A model generated the notes under the pieces. It did no database searches, was not told the origin of the DNA, and worked only from the letters and a program-made list of their open reading frames with translations. 64,000 bases of DNA from Rubripirellula sp. (GTDB lineage Bacteria; Planctomycetota; Planctomycetia; Pirellulales; Pirellulaceae), in the NCBI GenBank assembly GCA_965216875.1, contig OZ244207.1, positions 6,336,001 through 6,400,000 on the forward strand, read 5' to 3'. Shown here piece by piece: positions 29,859-42,069 of this stretch. Position 1 is the first letter of the stretch; each line of letters opens with the position of its first letter. Made by a program: the position numbers and the translations under genes.

Positions 29859-31331
29859 CTAGCGGATGACGAGCAGCGAACGAGTGCGACCGCGGCGGAC
29901 GACACATTGCAGCGGACGACCTTGGTTTTGCGCCGCTTCGAACAGCTCGGCCAACCGTTGCACCGAATCGAGCGGCACGCCGCCAGCCGATTCAATCACA
30001 TCGCCGGCTTGAAGGTCAGCTTCCTCGGCCGAACTGCCGTCTTTGACACTTTCAACAATCAAGCCGTGTTGGAGTCCTTGGTATCCATACTTGGCCGCCG
30101 ACTCAGGGGTCACTGGCACCATGTCGGCACCAAACAAACCGCCGCTTCCGAACATCGCCATGGCTTCGCTGGTCCGTTCTTGCAAACTGACCTTCACCTG
30201 CATCGTGCGTCCGCCGCGGTTGACTTCCATGTTGACGACGGTGCCGGGTGGTCGGCTAGCGACGTAGTTGCGAAGTTGTGTGCCACTGGTCACGTCGCGT
30301 CCATCAAGTCGCGTGACGACATCACCCGGTTCCAATCCTGCGCGGGCAGCGGGTTGGTTTTCAAGCACCTTGCCGATGAATGCACCACGATCGACTTGCA
30401 GGTTGTAATCACGAACGCTGTCGGGAGTGACCGTGTCGACCGAGGCACCTAAGAAACCGCGTCGCACTTCACCGTTTTGTAGGATCGATTGAAAGACAGG
30501 ACGCGCGAGGGATTCTGGAATTGCAAAGCCAATTCCTGCGCTGGCACCAGTACGCGACAGGATCGCGGTGTTGATGCCGACTAACTCACCACGGAGGTTG
30601 ACCAGTGGGCCGCCTGAGTTGCCGGGGTTGATTGCAGCGTCGGTTTGCAGGAAGTCTTCAAAACCTTTGCCGCCACCGACGATTCCCTGCACGCGGTGTT
30701 TGCCCGATATGATTCCCGCCGTCACCGTTTGGTCGAGTCCAAAAGGGCTGCCGATGGCAAGCACCCAATCGCCCACTTGGATGTCCTCGGAGCTACCAAA
30801 GCTGGCCGCGCGCAAGCCGTTCAAGTCGACTTTGACGACTGCCAAGTCGGTCGGCGGATCGAGCCCAACAACTTTGCCGGGGACGGTGCGACCGTCGGAG
30901 AGTTCGACCGTCAACTCGTCAGCGTTTTCGACCACATGGTTGTTGGTCAAAATGTATCCGTCACTACGAACAATGACTCCACTTCCCATGCCGGTGGTTT
31001 CACCGCGTTGTTGCGGCGCTTGCGGTGTAAAGAAGTCCTCGAATCCTGGTGGGAAGTTTCGTGGTCCGCGACGGCGCTGCATGACTTCCGTCTTCGTGCT
31101 GATCGCGACAACGCTCGGACGTAGCGCTTCGGCAACGCCCCGAAACGCCGACGAAAGGCCTTCGGCATGTTCGAGGTTTTGGCGATGGACCGGCTCTTCG
31201 CCGCCCGCACGATCTTGCGCAACGGCATCGGATTGCATTTGTTGGGGAAGGGACATGATGACGCCGGTGACGAGTGACCCGGTGAGCATCGCGCCCAAAA
31301 CGAAGCTGACGTTTTTCCAGATATGTTGCAT
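29859..31331 (-). CDS. HtrA/DegP-family serine protease with two PDZ domains
   Basis: GSGVI, TNNHVV, DLAVVK, DAAINPGNSGGPL; N-terminal TM/signal. Confidence 0.93.
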   Translation of the reverse strand: MQHIWKNVSFVLGAMLTGSLVTGVIMSLPQQMQSDAVAQDRAGGEEPVHRQNLEHAEGLSSAFRGVAEALRPSVVAISTKTEVMQRRRGPRNFPPGFEDFFTPQAPQQRGETTGMGSGVIVRSDGYILTNNHVVENADELTVELSDGRTVPGKVVGLDPPTDLAVVKVDLNGLRAASFGSSEDIQVGDWVLAIGSPFGLDQTVTAGIISGKHRVQGIVGGGKGFEDFLQTDAAINPGNSGGPLVNLRGELVGINTAILSRTGASAGIGFAIPESLARPVFQSILQNGEVRRGFLGASVDTVTPDSVRDYNLQVDRGAFIGKVLENQPAARAGLEPGDVVTRLDGRDVTSGTQLRNYVASRPPGTVVNMEVNRGGRTMQVKVSLQERTSEAMAMFGSGGLFGADMVPVTPESAAKYGYQGLQHGLIVESVKDGSSAEEADLQAGDVIESAGGVPLDSVQRLAELFEAAQNQGRPLQCVVRRGRTRSLLVIR

Positions 31332-31785
31332 TTCAGTTACTCCTCGCGAGCAAATGATTGTTGTTCTTGATCAAGCGTTGGATTCCGTCGTGAGCCGCAC
31401 GTGTAAAGGGACGCGTACGTTTGCTGGGGAACGCGCCTGGGTGGGACGTCTCAGGACCGCGAATCGGCTCGATGTGCGTCACCCGTTTTGGTGGAGGGTC
31501 AGCACTTGAGCCCAAGGGGCCGCGAAATCCAAAGCTTTTCCTATTTTTACAAACTCGACGCGCATTCTTACAAAGCCAATTCAGGCCCGAATTACCTCCG
31601 ATGCGACGAATCGCAGCAAATCACCCGCTTTCTGTCGATTCCACGATAGGCACGTGTCGAGAGATGTTTTCAGGGTGCAAACTGCAGGCCAAACGGAACA
31701 TTTGGCCATCTGCATCTGATACGTTGAGGGTTCACGGCCGCGAACCAACAGGGGCTGAACGAAAACGCATAACAGGAGGGAACGC

Positions 31786-33030
31786 GTGCGCGACATCTTG
31801 ACGGTCATTCTTGCAGGCGGACGAGGCACTCGGCTGGAGCCGTTGACCCGTGATCGGGCCAAGCCCGCTGTCCCGTTTGGCGGTTTGTACCGGATCATCG
31901 ATTTCGTGCTCAGCAATTGCCTCAACAGCGGCATGCGACAGCTCTTGTTGCTGACTCAATACAAAGCCCAGTCGCTCGACCGTCATATCAATCTCGCGTG
32001 GCGATCTTACTTCTGTCGCGAGCTCGGCGAGTTCATTGATGTTGTCCCGCCACAGCAGCGGATCGACAACAACTGGTACCGTGGCACGGCCGATGCGGTC
32101 TACCAAAACATCTACGCGATCGAACGCGAACAACCCGAAGATGTCGTCATCCTTGCGGGCGATCACATTTACAAGATGAACTATGGCCCAATGGTCGAGT
32201 TTCATCGCAAACGCGGCGCCGACATCACGATTGGTGCACTGCGTGTCAGTCGCGCCGAAGCGCGTCAGTTTGGTGTGATGCAAACCGACGCCGATCATCG
32301 CATCGTTGGCTTTCATGAAAAGCCGAATGATCCCATTCCGACGCCTGACGATCCTGAAGTCTGTTTGGCTTCGATGGGCATCTATGTCTTCAACGCGCGG
32401 TTCCTTTACGAACAACTTTGCGACGATGCAACGCGCCAAGATAGCGATCACGACTTTGGCAAAAACATCATTCCTGGTGCGATCGAAAACAACTTCAAAG
32501 TCTTTGCGTTTCCGTTTCTCGACGAGAATCGGAAGCGGGATGCTTATTGGCGTGATGTCGGAACGATCGACGCCTATTACGAGGCAACGATGGATCTGAT
32601 TGACGTCGATCCACAATTGAACCTGTACGACCAGCAATGGCCGATGCGTTCTTTTCAGCCGATGTTGCCACCGCCAAAGTTTGTCTTTGGCAGTGAAGGC
32701 AATTCATCGCGCCGTGGCGAAGCGCTTGATTCGATCGTCTGCCAAGGGGCGATCGTCAGCGGCGGCAGCGTGGCCCGAAGCATCATCGGGCCTAATGTAC
32801 GAATTAACAGTTATGCACAAGTCGAAGACAGCATCCTGTTTGACGAAGTCGATGTTGGACGTCGATGCCGGTTGCGACGAGTGATCGTCGATAAGGGAGT
32901 TCGTATCCCTCCTGAAACCGAAATTGGATATGATCCCCACGAAGATCGTGCGCGTGGGTTCACCGTCACCGATAGCGGGTTGGTGGTGATTGCACGTGGC
33001 GAACAGATCGAATCGTTGGTGACAACGTAA
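31786..33030 (+). CDS. glgC: Glucose-1-phosphate adenylyltransferase
   Basis: [61 protein letters not shown]. Confidence 0.97.
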   Translation: MRDILTVILAGGRGTRLEPLTRDRAKPAVPFGGLYRIIDFVLSNCLNSGMRQLLLLTQYKAQSLDRHINLAWRSYFCRELGEFIDVVPPQQRIDNNWYRGTADAVYQNIYAIEREQPEDVVILAGDHIYKMNYGPMVEFHRKRGADITIGALRVSRAEARQFGVMQTDADHRIVGFHEKPNDPIPTPDDPEVCLASMGIYVFNARFLYEQLCDDATRQDSDHDFGKNIIPGAIENNFKVFAFPFLDENRKRDAYWRDVGTIDAYYEATMDLIDVDPQLNLYDQQWPMRSFQPMLPPPKFVFGSEGNSSRRGEALDSIVCQGAIVSGGSVARSIIGPNVRINSYAQVEDSILFDEVDVGRRCRLRRVIVDKGVRIPPETEIGYDPHEDRARGFTVTDSGLVVIARGEQIESLVTT

Positions 33031-33165
33031 GATCACGGAAATCATTGGGCGGTGCGACTGACAGATCGGGGCAGTCGGTTGATGAACCATTGGGTTCAGC
33101 GATCGGCATCGACGGTTGGCTGCGCCTTTCCGCATAGTTCGGTACGAGAACGGGAAGTCTCAAAC

Positions 33166-34080
<915 letters not shown>

Positions 34081-34096
34081 GCGCGTACAGCTTATT

Positions 34097-34210
34097 AACA
34101 CTCTCCCTTGGGAGAGTCGGGCTCTCAGGCCCGGAGAGGGTCTGTCTTTGCAACGATCATTCCCTCCCCGGACTTTAGCGTCCGACCCTCCCGCAAGCGG
34201 GAGGGTGATT
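34097..34210. repeat. Composite palindromic repeat, family I, copy 2 (inverted)
   Basis: Reverse-complement homolog of 3303-3412 and 57492-57596. Confidence 0.85.
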
Positions 34211-34385
34211 GTTGTCCGAAAAGCCCAGCGCCCTCCGAACGGCCCGACCGCTTACCCGTTCGGTTCACAATTAATCGCGACGCCACCGGGGGGTGAGCGA
34301 ATCCGTGTGGTCTCAGCATCGCCTGGGCCTTAGAATCCTCGGGCAATGATCTAGACGAGCATCCACTGCGGGAGCCCACCTGACG

Positions 34386-35951
34386 ATGAGCGGTGAAAAA
34401 GACGGACCAAATCCCTACGAAAGTTCGGAGGGACTCGATGTTGAGTATGACCGTGAGCCAGGTGGTGGAGTGCCACCGGGTGAGCTGAAAAAGGGACAAC
34501 CGGCCGGTCTTTGGGTCCTGTTCATCACCGAGATGTGGGAGCGGTTTAGCTACTACGGCATGCGCGCACTGCTCGTGCTCTATCTCGTCGCATCGACCAA
34601 GGCCACTGTCGATGATGGCGACGGCAATCTGGTTGATAACGTCAACCCAGGATTTGGATGGGCAGAAGAATCGGCCTACCAGCTGTATGCGGTCTATACG
34701 ATGGCGGTCTACTTCACGCCGATCATCGGCGGCTGGTTGGCGGATAAGTTCCTGGGAACACACCGCTCGATGTTGCTCGGTGGGTGGATCATCACACTCG
34801 GCCACATCACGTTGGCGGCCACCGAGTTCTTCGGGATCACCGCTGGCGAAGCGGTCACACTGCAAACCAGCCCCGGCGCTCTGGTGACGTTTGTTGCTGG
34901 CCTTGCATTGATCGTGATCGGAACCGGTTTCTTTAAACCGTGTGTCAGTGTCATGGTGGGCCAGTTGTACGGCCCTGAAGACGACCGCCGCGACTCAGGA
35001 TTCACGATCTTTTACATGGGGATCAACCTGGGTGCCTTTCTTTCGCCGCTTGTCGCTGGAACTTTGGGTGAAAAGGTGGGCTGGCATTGGGGATTTGGTT
35101 CCGCTGCAGTCGGCATGATCCTCGGTCTATTCTTCTACCAAGTCTTGCGTCCAAAGTACCTCAAGGGTGTTGGACTGTCGCCGAAGGAAATCTCTGAGAG
35201 TGGCGGCGCCATCGAATCGAAAGTCGATGAAGCGGAGCTCAAGCGTCCATTGAACTCGGTCGATTTCCAGCGAATGATCGTCATCCTGATTTTGGCGTTC
35301 TTCGGAAACATCTTCTTCTGGGCCGCGTTCGAGCAGGCGGGAAGCTCGCTCAACGTGTTTGCTGAAAAGAACACCAATCGCGTCCTGTTTGGGTATGAAT
35401 TCCCGACGACCTGGTATCAGTCGGTCAATGCGCTAACGATTGTGTTGTGCGCTCCCTTCTTCTCGATGCTTTGGGTCTGGCTGGCCAAACGAAATGCCGA
35501 TCCGTCGACACCGGTGAAATTCGCAATTGGACTCTGGCTGTTGGGCCTCGCGTTCATTGCAATGGTGCTAGGGTCACTCGAAGCGAGTGGTGGGAACTTG
35601 GCCGGACCCCATTGGTTGTTGATCACGTACGTACTTTGCACGTGGGCGGAACTGTGCCTGTCGCCAGTCGGTTTGTCGGTGGTGACCAAGCTCGCACCGG
35701 CGAAGCTGCAGTCGTTGATGATGGGGGCTTGGTTCCTGTCGTTCTCGCTGGCCAACTTCATGGGCGGGTTGATGGCTTACTTCTCGACGAAGTTCATTCC
35801 AGGGGATAACGGAGAGCCAGCTCAATACACCTTCTTCCTCGAAGGTTTGCCAGGCTTCTTCCTGATGCTCGTCGTCTTGCCCGCTTCGGCAGGTGTGGTG
35901 ATCTTCCTGATCTCGCCCTTCCTGAAACGGATGATGCATGGCGTGAAATAG
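34386..35951 (+). CDS. POT/PTR-family di/tripeptide:H+ symporter
   Basis: EMWERFSYYGMR (ExxERFxYY), GTGFFKP, FYMGINLG, ELCLSPVGLS. Confidence 0.93.
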   Translation: MSGEKDGPNPYESSEGLDVEYDREPGGGVPPGELKKGQPAGLWVLFITEMWERFSYYGMRALLVLYLVASTKATVDDGDGNLVDNVNPGFGWAEESAYQLYAVYTMAVYFTPIIGGWLADKFLGTHRSMLLGGWIITLGHITLAATEFFGITAGEAVTLQTSPGALVTFVAGLALIVIGTGFFKPCVSVMVGQLYGPEDDRRDSGFTIFYMGINLGAFLSPLVAGTLGEKVGWHWGFGSAAVGMILGLFFYQVLRPKYLKGVGLSPKEISESGGAIESKVDEAELKRPLNSVDFQRMIVILILAFFGNIFFWAAFEQAGSSLNVFAEKNTNRVLFGYEFPTTWYQSVNALTIVLCAPFFSMLWVWLAKRNADPSTPVKFAIGLWLLGLAFIAMVLGSLEASGGNLAGPHWLLITYVLCTWAELCLSPVGLSVVTKLAPAKLQSLMMGAWFLSFSLANFMGGLMAYFSTKFIPGDNGEPAQYTFFLEGLPGFFLMLVVLPASAGVVIFLISPFLKRMMHGVK

Positions 35952-35991
35952 CGGCGTCAGCTTGAGCTGTGATTTTTTTCGGTCGGGAAGC

Positions 35992-38355
35992 TTAGTCTTT
36001 CCGATCGACCGAGCAAATCAGCGACGGCAGCAGTGTCAGGTTGATCATCGTTCCAGAGGCTAGCGTTGCGGCGACCAGCATGCCGAAGGTGGCCGTGGGG
36101 ACAAACTCGCTGCCGGCGAGGATCGAAAACCCAATCACCAAAGCGACGGTCGCGAGCACAACCGGAACACCGATTCCGCCCGCGGCGTGAATGGCCGATC
36201 GGTGCGGGTGATGGCCGTTACGTCGATGACGCTGGTAGCCCGCCAAGAAATGGACCGACCCATCGATTGAGAGGCCGATCGAGACCGCGGCGATCATCGC
36301 GGCACCCATGTTGATTCGGCCCCCCACGAGCCCGACGATCGCCAGGATGACGAACACGGGCATGAGGTTTGGAACCAAGGCGGCAGTTGCAAGACGCAGA
36401 GAACGCGTTGCAACGATCAAAAGAAGCCAAACAAGAATGCCCGAGGCGGCGAAGCAGCGCCACTGGTCGCCGACGAGTTTCTCGACAAGCCGCGCCATCA
36501 TCACGTAGTAGCCTGTCACGCGTCCCGTTTGGGTTTGTTCACGCGAGCCGAGCGATTTCAGCCAGCTTTCGCTCGATGTATGCTCGGCAACGACCTGCTC
36601 GACACGAGCGATCAAGTTCGCTTTTTGATTCGCGCCAACATGTTCCTTGCTTCTTAGCATCACGCGAAACGTCCGGTCGCTCGGCTGTTTGGCAAGCAAT
36701 GCATCAAAGAAGACGGGCATTTTGAGTTGCATTCCCGACAGTCGAATCGTCGGCGTCGCAATCTTCAGCAGGGGCGATCGAGTTGCGACCAGATCAGCGT
36801 CAGCCAGGCTGAGCACTTTCGTCAGTCGGACACCCTCGACATCGATTGCACGAAGTTTTTCTTCGAGCTCGCGTACCTGTTGCAAGTAGTCGCCTGAGAG
36901 TTGGTCGGGAGCGTCGAGGATGACATCCCAAACTCCGGCACCGCCGAAGGCTTGTTCGACATCTTCATAGGCCTTCACAACACCGCTGCGAGTCTTGAAG
37001 TTCTTCAAAAAGCTCGTTTCAGTCTCCGATCGTATGACTCCGGCGATGGAGAAGATGGTCACACTCAACGCAACGACGACAACAGCACGGCGGCGCTGAA
37101 CAAACCAACCGGCCATGCAAATGCAGAGCCGACGCAGCGACCGGGCGACCCGCTGTTGTTTTGCGTGTAGACGCGATGCCATTGAGAGGCTGGGCAACAT
37201 CAGCGCAGCCGGCGCGAGCAGTGCGGTCGCGATGCAGACCGACGTTGCGGCCGTCGCGATCATCAACCCGAATTGCTGGACGGGAACGATTCGCGAGAAC
37301 GATAGAGCTGCGAACCCTGCCGCGTCAGTCACGCACGTCCAAAAAACGGGTATGGCGAGCAGGGCAATCGTTCGCTCACATGCTTCGCGTTGATCGTAGC
37401 CACGCCGCCGTGCGATCCGAAATCGAACGCCGAGGTGAAGCACGGTCGCCACCGATATGACGGTCACGATTGCAGTCAAGATCGTCGACACCAACGACGC
37501 CTGGGCTCCAATGGCTACGGTGATGGCTCGAGTGACGGTGATGGACCAAACGATGATTCCCGCCATCAGCAAGACGAGCCGCAGATCAAGCAGACTGACG
37601 AGCACGACGATCGACAGCAGCGCGACGGTGAGTGTCGCCAGCCTCGCGCCGTCTCGTTGAATCAATGCAAAACCGTCATGGACCAACACCGGCTCGCCAA
37701 CGAGAGCAACATCGGAGACGTGCTGGCCAAATCGATCGGGCAATGAGTTCGCGATGCGTTTGAGTTCGAGAATCGTTGAGGGTGGATGTTTGGGGTCGAG
37801 CATCGCAACGACTGCGGCCCGCGAGTGGTCGGCGGAATGGGTGTAGCCGGCAAAAAGAGCATCAAATCCCGCCGCAACTTCGTCCCCATTTCGAATCAAC
37901 GCGGGCGTGTCGTCCCCGGGCGAGAGCAAGTTTTCGGGTGAAATGGCATCGACGGCATCGCTAAGGACCGAAGGCGAAAGGATGCCTCGGTCGCGCACCC
38001 CCTCGATGGTCGATACTTCCGCAGCAATCTGCTGGTTTCTGCGAAAGCCAGCGGTCGAATCAAGGTCGTTGTCGCGGTAGACCAACATCACCACCGCGTT
38101 GCCACCGAACGTCTCTTGCAATTCCAAGTAATCCGTCAATGTCGGATCGTTGGGATCGAACATCGCACTGATGGTCCGATCGAGCTGCAAGCGACGCGCT
38201 GCAGGTAACGCAACCAGCATCGATACGAAAGCGACCAGCACGAGTACAATTCGATGTTGCACAGCCAACCGCGCAAGGTCTAGCTTCCGTCGCTGCGGCG
38301 AAGGTTTCGAGGTAGATCGCTGGGCACTACCCGGTTGGACGTCTTCGTGATTCAC
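35992..38355 (-). CDS. MMPL/RND-family transporter
   Basis: Two (1+5 TM) repeats with periplasmic loops; TDAAGFAAL, GLSIDGSVHF. Confidence 0.85.
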   Translation of the reverse strand: MNHEDVQPGSAQRSTSKPSPQRRKLDLARLAVQHRIVLVLVAFVSMLVALPAARRLQLDRTISAMFDPNDPTLTDYLELQETFGGNAVVMLVYRDNDLDSTAGFRRNQQIAAEVSTIEGVRDRGILSPSVLSDAVDAISPENLLSPGDDTPALIRNGDEVAAGFDALFAGYTHSADHSRAAVVAMLDPKHPPSTILELKRIANSLPDRFGQHVSDVALVGEPVLVHDGFALIQRDGARLATLTVALLSIVVLVSLLDLRLVLLMAGIIVWSITVTRAITVAIGAQASLVSTILTAIVTVISVATVLHLGVRFRIARRRGYDQREACERTIALLAIPVFWTCVTDAAGFAALSFSRIVPVQQFGLMIATAATSVCIATALLAPAALMLPSLSMASRLHAKQQRVARSLRRLCICMAGWFVQRRRAVVVVALSVTIFSIAGVIRSETETSFLKNFKTRSGVVKAYEDVEQAFGGAGVWDVILDAPDQLSGDYLQQVRELEEKLRAIDVEGVRLTKVLSLADADLVATRSPLLKIATPTIRLSGMQLKMPVFFDALLAKQPSDRTFRVMLRSKEHVGANQKANLIARVEQVVAEHTSSESWLKSLGSREQTQTGRVTGYYVMMARLVEKLVGDQWRCFAASGILVWLLLIVATRSLRLATAALVPNLMPVFVILAIVGLVGGRINMGAAMIAAVSIGLSIDGSVHFLAGYQRHRRNGHHPHRSAIHAAGGIGVPVVLATVALVIGFSILAGSEFVPTATFGMLVAATLASGTMINLTLLPSLICSVDRKD

Positions 38356-38413
38356 GAATACCTTTTCCGTTCTCGCGCTGATTGCATCGTCGTACGCTTA
38401 CTCGGTTGTTCGC

Positions 38414-39760
38414 TTGAAATCGCCACTTTCCCGCTGGTTCATCCTTGCCTTGCTTGTCGGCGTGTTCGTGCGCGGCGCGGTTGGTCTGGCGAGTTTGGAG
38501 AGCTATTCGGGAGATCCGGATGCCTATCGAGCGATCGCCAGTTGTCTTTCAAGTACGGGAGTCTACGGTCTGGTTGGTGCGGATGACCAGCCGCACGCGA
38601 CTGCGTTTCGACCTCCACTTTATCCCTTTGTCCTGTCTTGGATCACGACTGACCAGGGGCTTTCGAATCGTGCGGTCGCGGTGTTCCATTTTCTGATGGG
38701 GGTTGCCACCGTCGCGTTGACGTTTGTGGCTTGCCGCCGGCTTCTTGGTGAGCGATCACCCATTTGGATTTCGTCGTTGGCAGCGATCCTGGTCGCGATC
38801 GATCCGATTCTGGTCCAGCAATCACGCTTTGTCATGACCGAGACACTTGCAACGATGTTGGTTGTGGCGACGATCGTCATTTGGTGTGGCCGCTCGAAGA
38901 TTCAACACGATTCGATTGGAAGCGGGTTGGCGTGCGGCGTCCTTTTGTCGCTGGCGTTCCTGTGCCGACCGACGTTCTTGGTTTGGGCGGCGTTATTGTC
39001 GTTGGGCTGGTTGTTGATCGGTGTGCTTCGATCACGCAAACGAACGATGATCGCTGGCTGTGTGATGGGAGCAACCGTGCTCGTGACGGTTGGCCTATGG
39101 ACAGTTCGAAATCAGCGAGCCGTCGGGCACCCCGTTTGGGCGACGACGCACGGTGGCTACACATTGTTGCTCGGAAACAACCCGCTTTTCTATGATTACC
39201 TGCGTGAGGGGAACTTTGGCCGTGCATGGGATGCCGAGCCATTTCTGTTGGCCTACACACATCGGTACGACGGCGATCCAAACGATGAGGCGTTCTGGCA
39301 CCAAGATTGGCAACGGCAGGGAACGATCACTCGACAGGTGACCGAACACGAAGATGATCGCGTTGCCTACAACGCTGCTCGATCAACGATCGATCGCGAG
39401 CCAGCGATGTTCATCAAAGCGTCGATCGTGCGAGTCGGTCGCTTATGGACTCCCCTGCCCCATACCACTGCCGAACGTCGTGCAGCAGGAGTCTGGATCG
39501 TTGGCACCTACTACGCCGTGTTCTACGCCGCGATGTTCGTTGGACTCTGGCGCCAGCGAAGGAAAGTGTTGGGTTCGGATTGGTGGGCCGTATGGGCACT
39601 CGCGCTGACACTCAGTTGTGTGCACGCGGTTTATTGGAGCAACCTGAGAATGCGTGCGCCGATCATTCCGTTGATGGCGATCGCTGCGGCCGCTGCACTG
39701 GTAAGGCCTTGCGAACTCCCGTCTCGCGGGCCCGAGAAAAACGAGTCTTCTACCGACTAA
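38414..39760 (+). CDS. GT-C fold membrane glycosyltransferase (ArnT/PMT-like)
   Basis: GDPDAY, TAFRPPLYP, MTETL, LCRPT, WTVRN motifs; multi-TM. Confidence 0.75.
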   Translation: MKSPLSRWFILALLVGVFVRGAVGLASLESYSGDPDAYRAIASCLSSTGVYGLVGADDQPHATAFRPPLYPFVLSWITTDQGLSNRAVAVFHFLMGVATVALTFVACRRLLGERSPIWISSLAAILVAIDPILVQQSRFVMTETLATMLVVATIVIWCGRSKIQHDSIGSGLACGVLLSLAFLCRPTFLVWAALLSLGWLLIGVLRSRKRTMIAGCVMGATVLVTVGLWTVRNQRAVGHPVWATTHGGYTLLLGNNPLFYDYLREGNFGRAWDAEPFLLAYTHRYDGDPNDEAFWHQDWQRQGTITRQVTEHEDDRVAYNAARSTIDREPAMFIKASIVRVGRLWTPLPHTTAERRAAGVWIVGTYYAVFYAAMFVGLWRQRRKVLGSDWWAVWALALTLSCVHAVYWSNLRMRAPIIPLMAIAAAAALVRPCELPSRGPEKNESSTD

Positions 39761-39869
39761 CGCTCGGCCGTCGGCATCTTTTTGACCTACGTTTGGACGA
39801 AGGAACCGCGCGCAACCTGCGCGCTGGCAAATACGTTCAGAACGCAACGGTCCTACCGATTAGTCAGTC

Positions 39870-40892
39870 ATGGTTGAGCCGAATCAGCTGCCGCCCTACC
39901 TCATGCGTTGGGATCATACGCAATCGCGTCGTTTTACCGACGAGGTCGTAACCACCCGGCACCGGCTCGAAGAACTTGCCTGTTTTGACGATGCAAGCCT
40001 GTGCGGAATGATCGACCGCACCCCTGCGGCATCCATGACCATCGAAGCGCTGGGCCGCGATTGCCGCTATCCGTCGCAGTGGTATCCCGTTTCCGTTTCA
40101 AACGCTGACGGCAATTCACTGATCGCTTTGATCGGGTCCGGCGGATGTGAACTGCGGATCCATCTCCTGACGCACCCGGCGCTGCACGAGGCAGTAGATC
40201 GATTGGCGATTGAAATGGGTGAGTGCGACCAAACCATCACGGTCTCACAGACCGCGGGTCAGCTTCGCATCGCCGCGCCCGGATCATCGCTTCCGCTGGA
40301 ATGCGACATGGTCGGTCGCGTGATTTGGCAAATCCGCGGAACGGCTCGATATCGCGTCTACCCTCGAACCCAAGAAACCATCAGCACTCGCATGATCGAA
40401 GACGTGCTGAGTGGGCGCCGAGTGGATGCACTGCACTATGACCCGGCATTCGAGCGAGATGCCGAGGAATACGTCATCGAACCTGGTCAGATGATCGCCG
40501 TACCGGCAAAACGCCCTTTCCGGCTCGTGTCGACAGAGGGTTTTGGCACCTACCTGACGACTCGCTACGCCACGTCGGCACTTGAGGGTGAAAACCAAGT
40601 GCACCGTGCCAACAGATTGATTCGCCGACTGTGCTCTTATCCCTTGACTGGCCAATCGCAAAACGCAGCTGCTTTTGCGAAGCGCGCGCTGATCGCAGGA
40701 GTGGACCGACTGCGCCGCAGCAAGCCTCCCTTCTTGGATGACTGGAGCGGTATCACGCCAGCGGTCGGTGACCAGCGGATCGTCGAATCATCAATGCCCT
40801 CGAGTGCGCTCGCGGGACAAAGCGAACCACCGGTCGTACTAGCGACCAGCCTGAAGACAACAGCGGCAACCAATGTCGCAATGGAGAACTAG
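39870..40892 (+). CDS. Degenerate cupin/JmjC-like protein
   Basis: RHRLEE..FDD..L, IWQIRGTARYRVYP, IEPGQMIAVP..PFRL; canonical Fe ligands appear altered. Confidence 0.6.
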   Translation: MVEPNQLPPYLMRWDHTQSRRFTDEVVTTRHRLEELACFDDASLCGMIDRTPAASMTIEALGRDCRYPSQWYPVSVSNADGNSLIALIGSGGCELRIHLLTHPALHEAVDRLAIEMGECDQTITVSQTAGQLRIAAPGSSLPLECDMVGRVIWQIRGTARYRVYPRTQETISTRMIEDVLSGRRVDALHYDPAFERDAEEYVIEPGQMIAVPAKRPFRLVSTEGFGTYLTTRYATSALEGENQVHRANRLIRRLCSYPLTGQSQNAAAFAKRALIAGVDRLRRSKPPFLDDWSGITPAVGDQRIVESSMPSSALAGQSEPPVVLATSLKTTAATNVAMEN

Positions 40893-40894
40893 AC

Positions 40895-41905
40895 ATGTTG
40901 CGATTGTTGATTGGTGTATCGGCAGGTCTTTCGGCCGCAGTGGTTTGCGCTGCAACGCCAGCCGATTTCCTGCGTGCCGAGCAATGTGACCCAAATCTCG
41001 TCATGAGCAATGAATCGTGCGTGAAGTGCCATGCTCCTGAAATAAACGTTTGGAAGAAAACACCCCACGCACTGACGTTCGACGAGCTGCATCGCCGTCC
41101 TGAAGCAAAGAAGATCGCAAAGAAACTCGGCATCAACTCAATCAAGCACGAAAGCCGTTGTGTCGCATGTCACTACACCACTCAGCGTGACTCGGACAGC
41201 GGCGATGTGCATGCGATCGCGGGTGTCTCTTGTGAATCATGTCATGGAGCTTCGAAGAACTGGTTGGACGTTCACCACAACTATGGCGGCGAAGGCATCA
41301 CGCGTTTGACGGAAACCGATTCGCATCGCGCGAAGCGAATTGCGGACAGCATCGCCACGGGGATGCGCAATCCGACCAACGCCTATTTAGTTGCACAAAG
41401 CTGTTTACGATGTCACACCACGGCCGACGAACAGCTGGTCAACGTGGGAGGCCACTCGGCGGGAAGTCTCGACTTCGAATTCGTGTCGTGGAGTCAAGGA
41501 ACGATTCGCCACAACTTTGTTGCCTCCGATGGCAAGTCAAACACGCTGCGTTCTCCAGAGCGATTGCGAGTGATGTTTGTTGCCGGGATGATCGCCGAAC
41601 TCGAGGCGAGCTTGCGTGCGACAGCCGTCGCGACCAAGAAAGCGACCTACGGAATCACTGCCGCGAAACGCGCCGCTCGAGCGCGAGCGCGTTTGAAAAG
41701 CGTGTCCGAAAAGGTGCAGGTCGATCAGGTGAATTCGATTGTTGAAATCGCCAACTCGGTCAAGCTGAAGCTCAACAACGAGGTCGAGTTGACTGCCGCT
41801 GCTGACGAGATCGCACGACTTGGTTTCGAGTTTGCCGCGAGTCAGGACGGCAGTTCGTTGGGGGCCTTGGACGCATTCGTCCCCAAATCAGATCGCTGGA
41901 AATAG
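40895..41905 (+). CDS. Tetraheme c-type cytochrome (c554-like)
   Basis: Signal peptide; four CxxCH motifs: CVKCH, CVACH, CESCH, CLRCH. Confidence 0.88.
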   Translation: MLRLLIGVSAGLSAAVVCAATPADFLRAEQCDPNLVMSNESCVKCHAPEINVWKKTPHALTFDELHRRPEAKKIAKKLGINSIKHESRCVACHYTTQRDSDSGDVHAIAGVSCESCHGASKNWLDVHHNYGGEGITRLTETDSHRAKRIADSIATGMRNPTNAYLVAQSCLRCHTTADEQLVNVGGHSAGSLDFEFVSWSQGTIRHNFVASDGKSNTLRSPERLRVMFVAGMIAELEASLRATAVATKKATYGITAAKRAARARARLKSVSEKVQVDQVNSIVEIANSVKLKLNNEVELTAAADEIARLGFEFAASQDGSSLGALDAFVPKSDRWK

Positions 41906-42069
41906 CTCAGATCTGGGCCGACGCGACGCCGTGACCACCACCGAACCGGCGGTGTGGGCCATCAAAAACACCGCAAAAATCGCGTTTTTGCATCGATTTT
42001 GATTCTGGTTTGAATCGGGTGGACGGACAATTCATACTTAATGTCTGATTTTCCGTTTCCCCCTGGTCG

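Noticed and set aside
30568..32637. Long ORFs antisense to the HtrA gene (313 aa) and glgC (301 aa)
   Set aside because: Shadow frames expected in GC-rich coding DNA.
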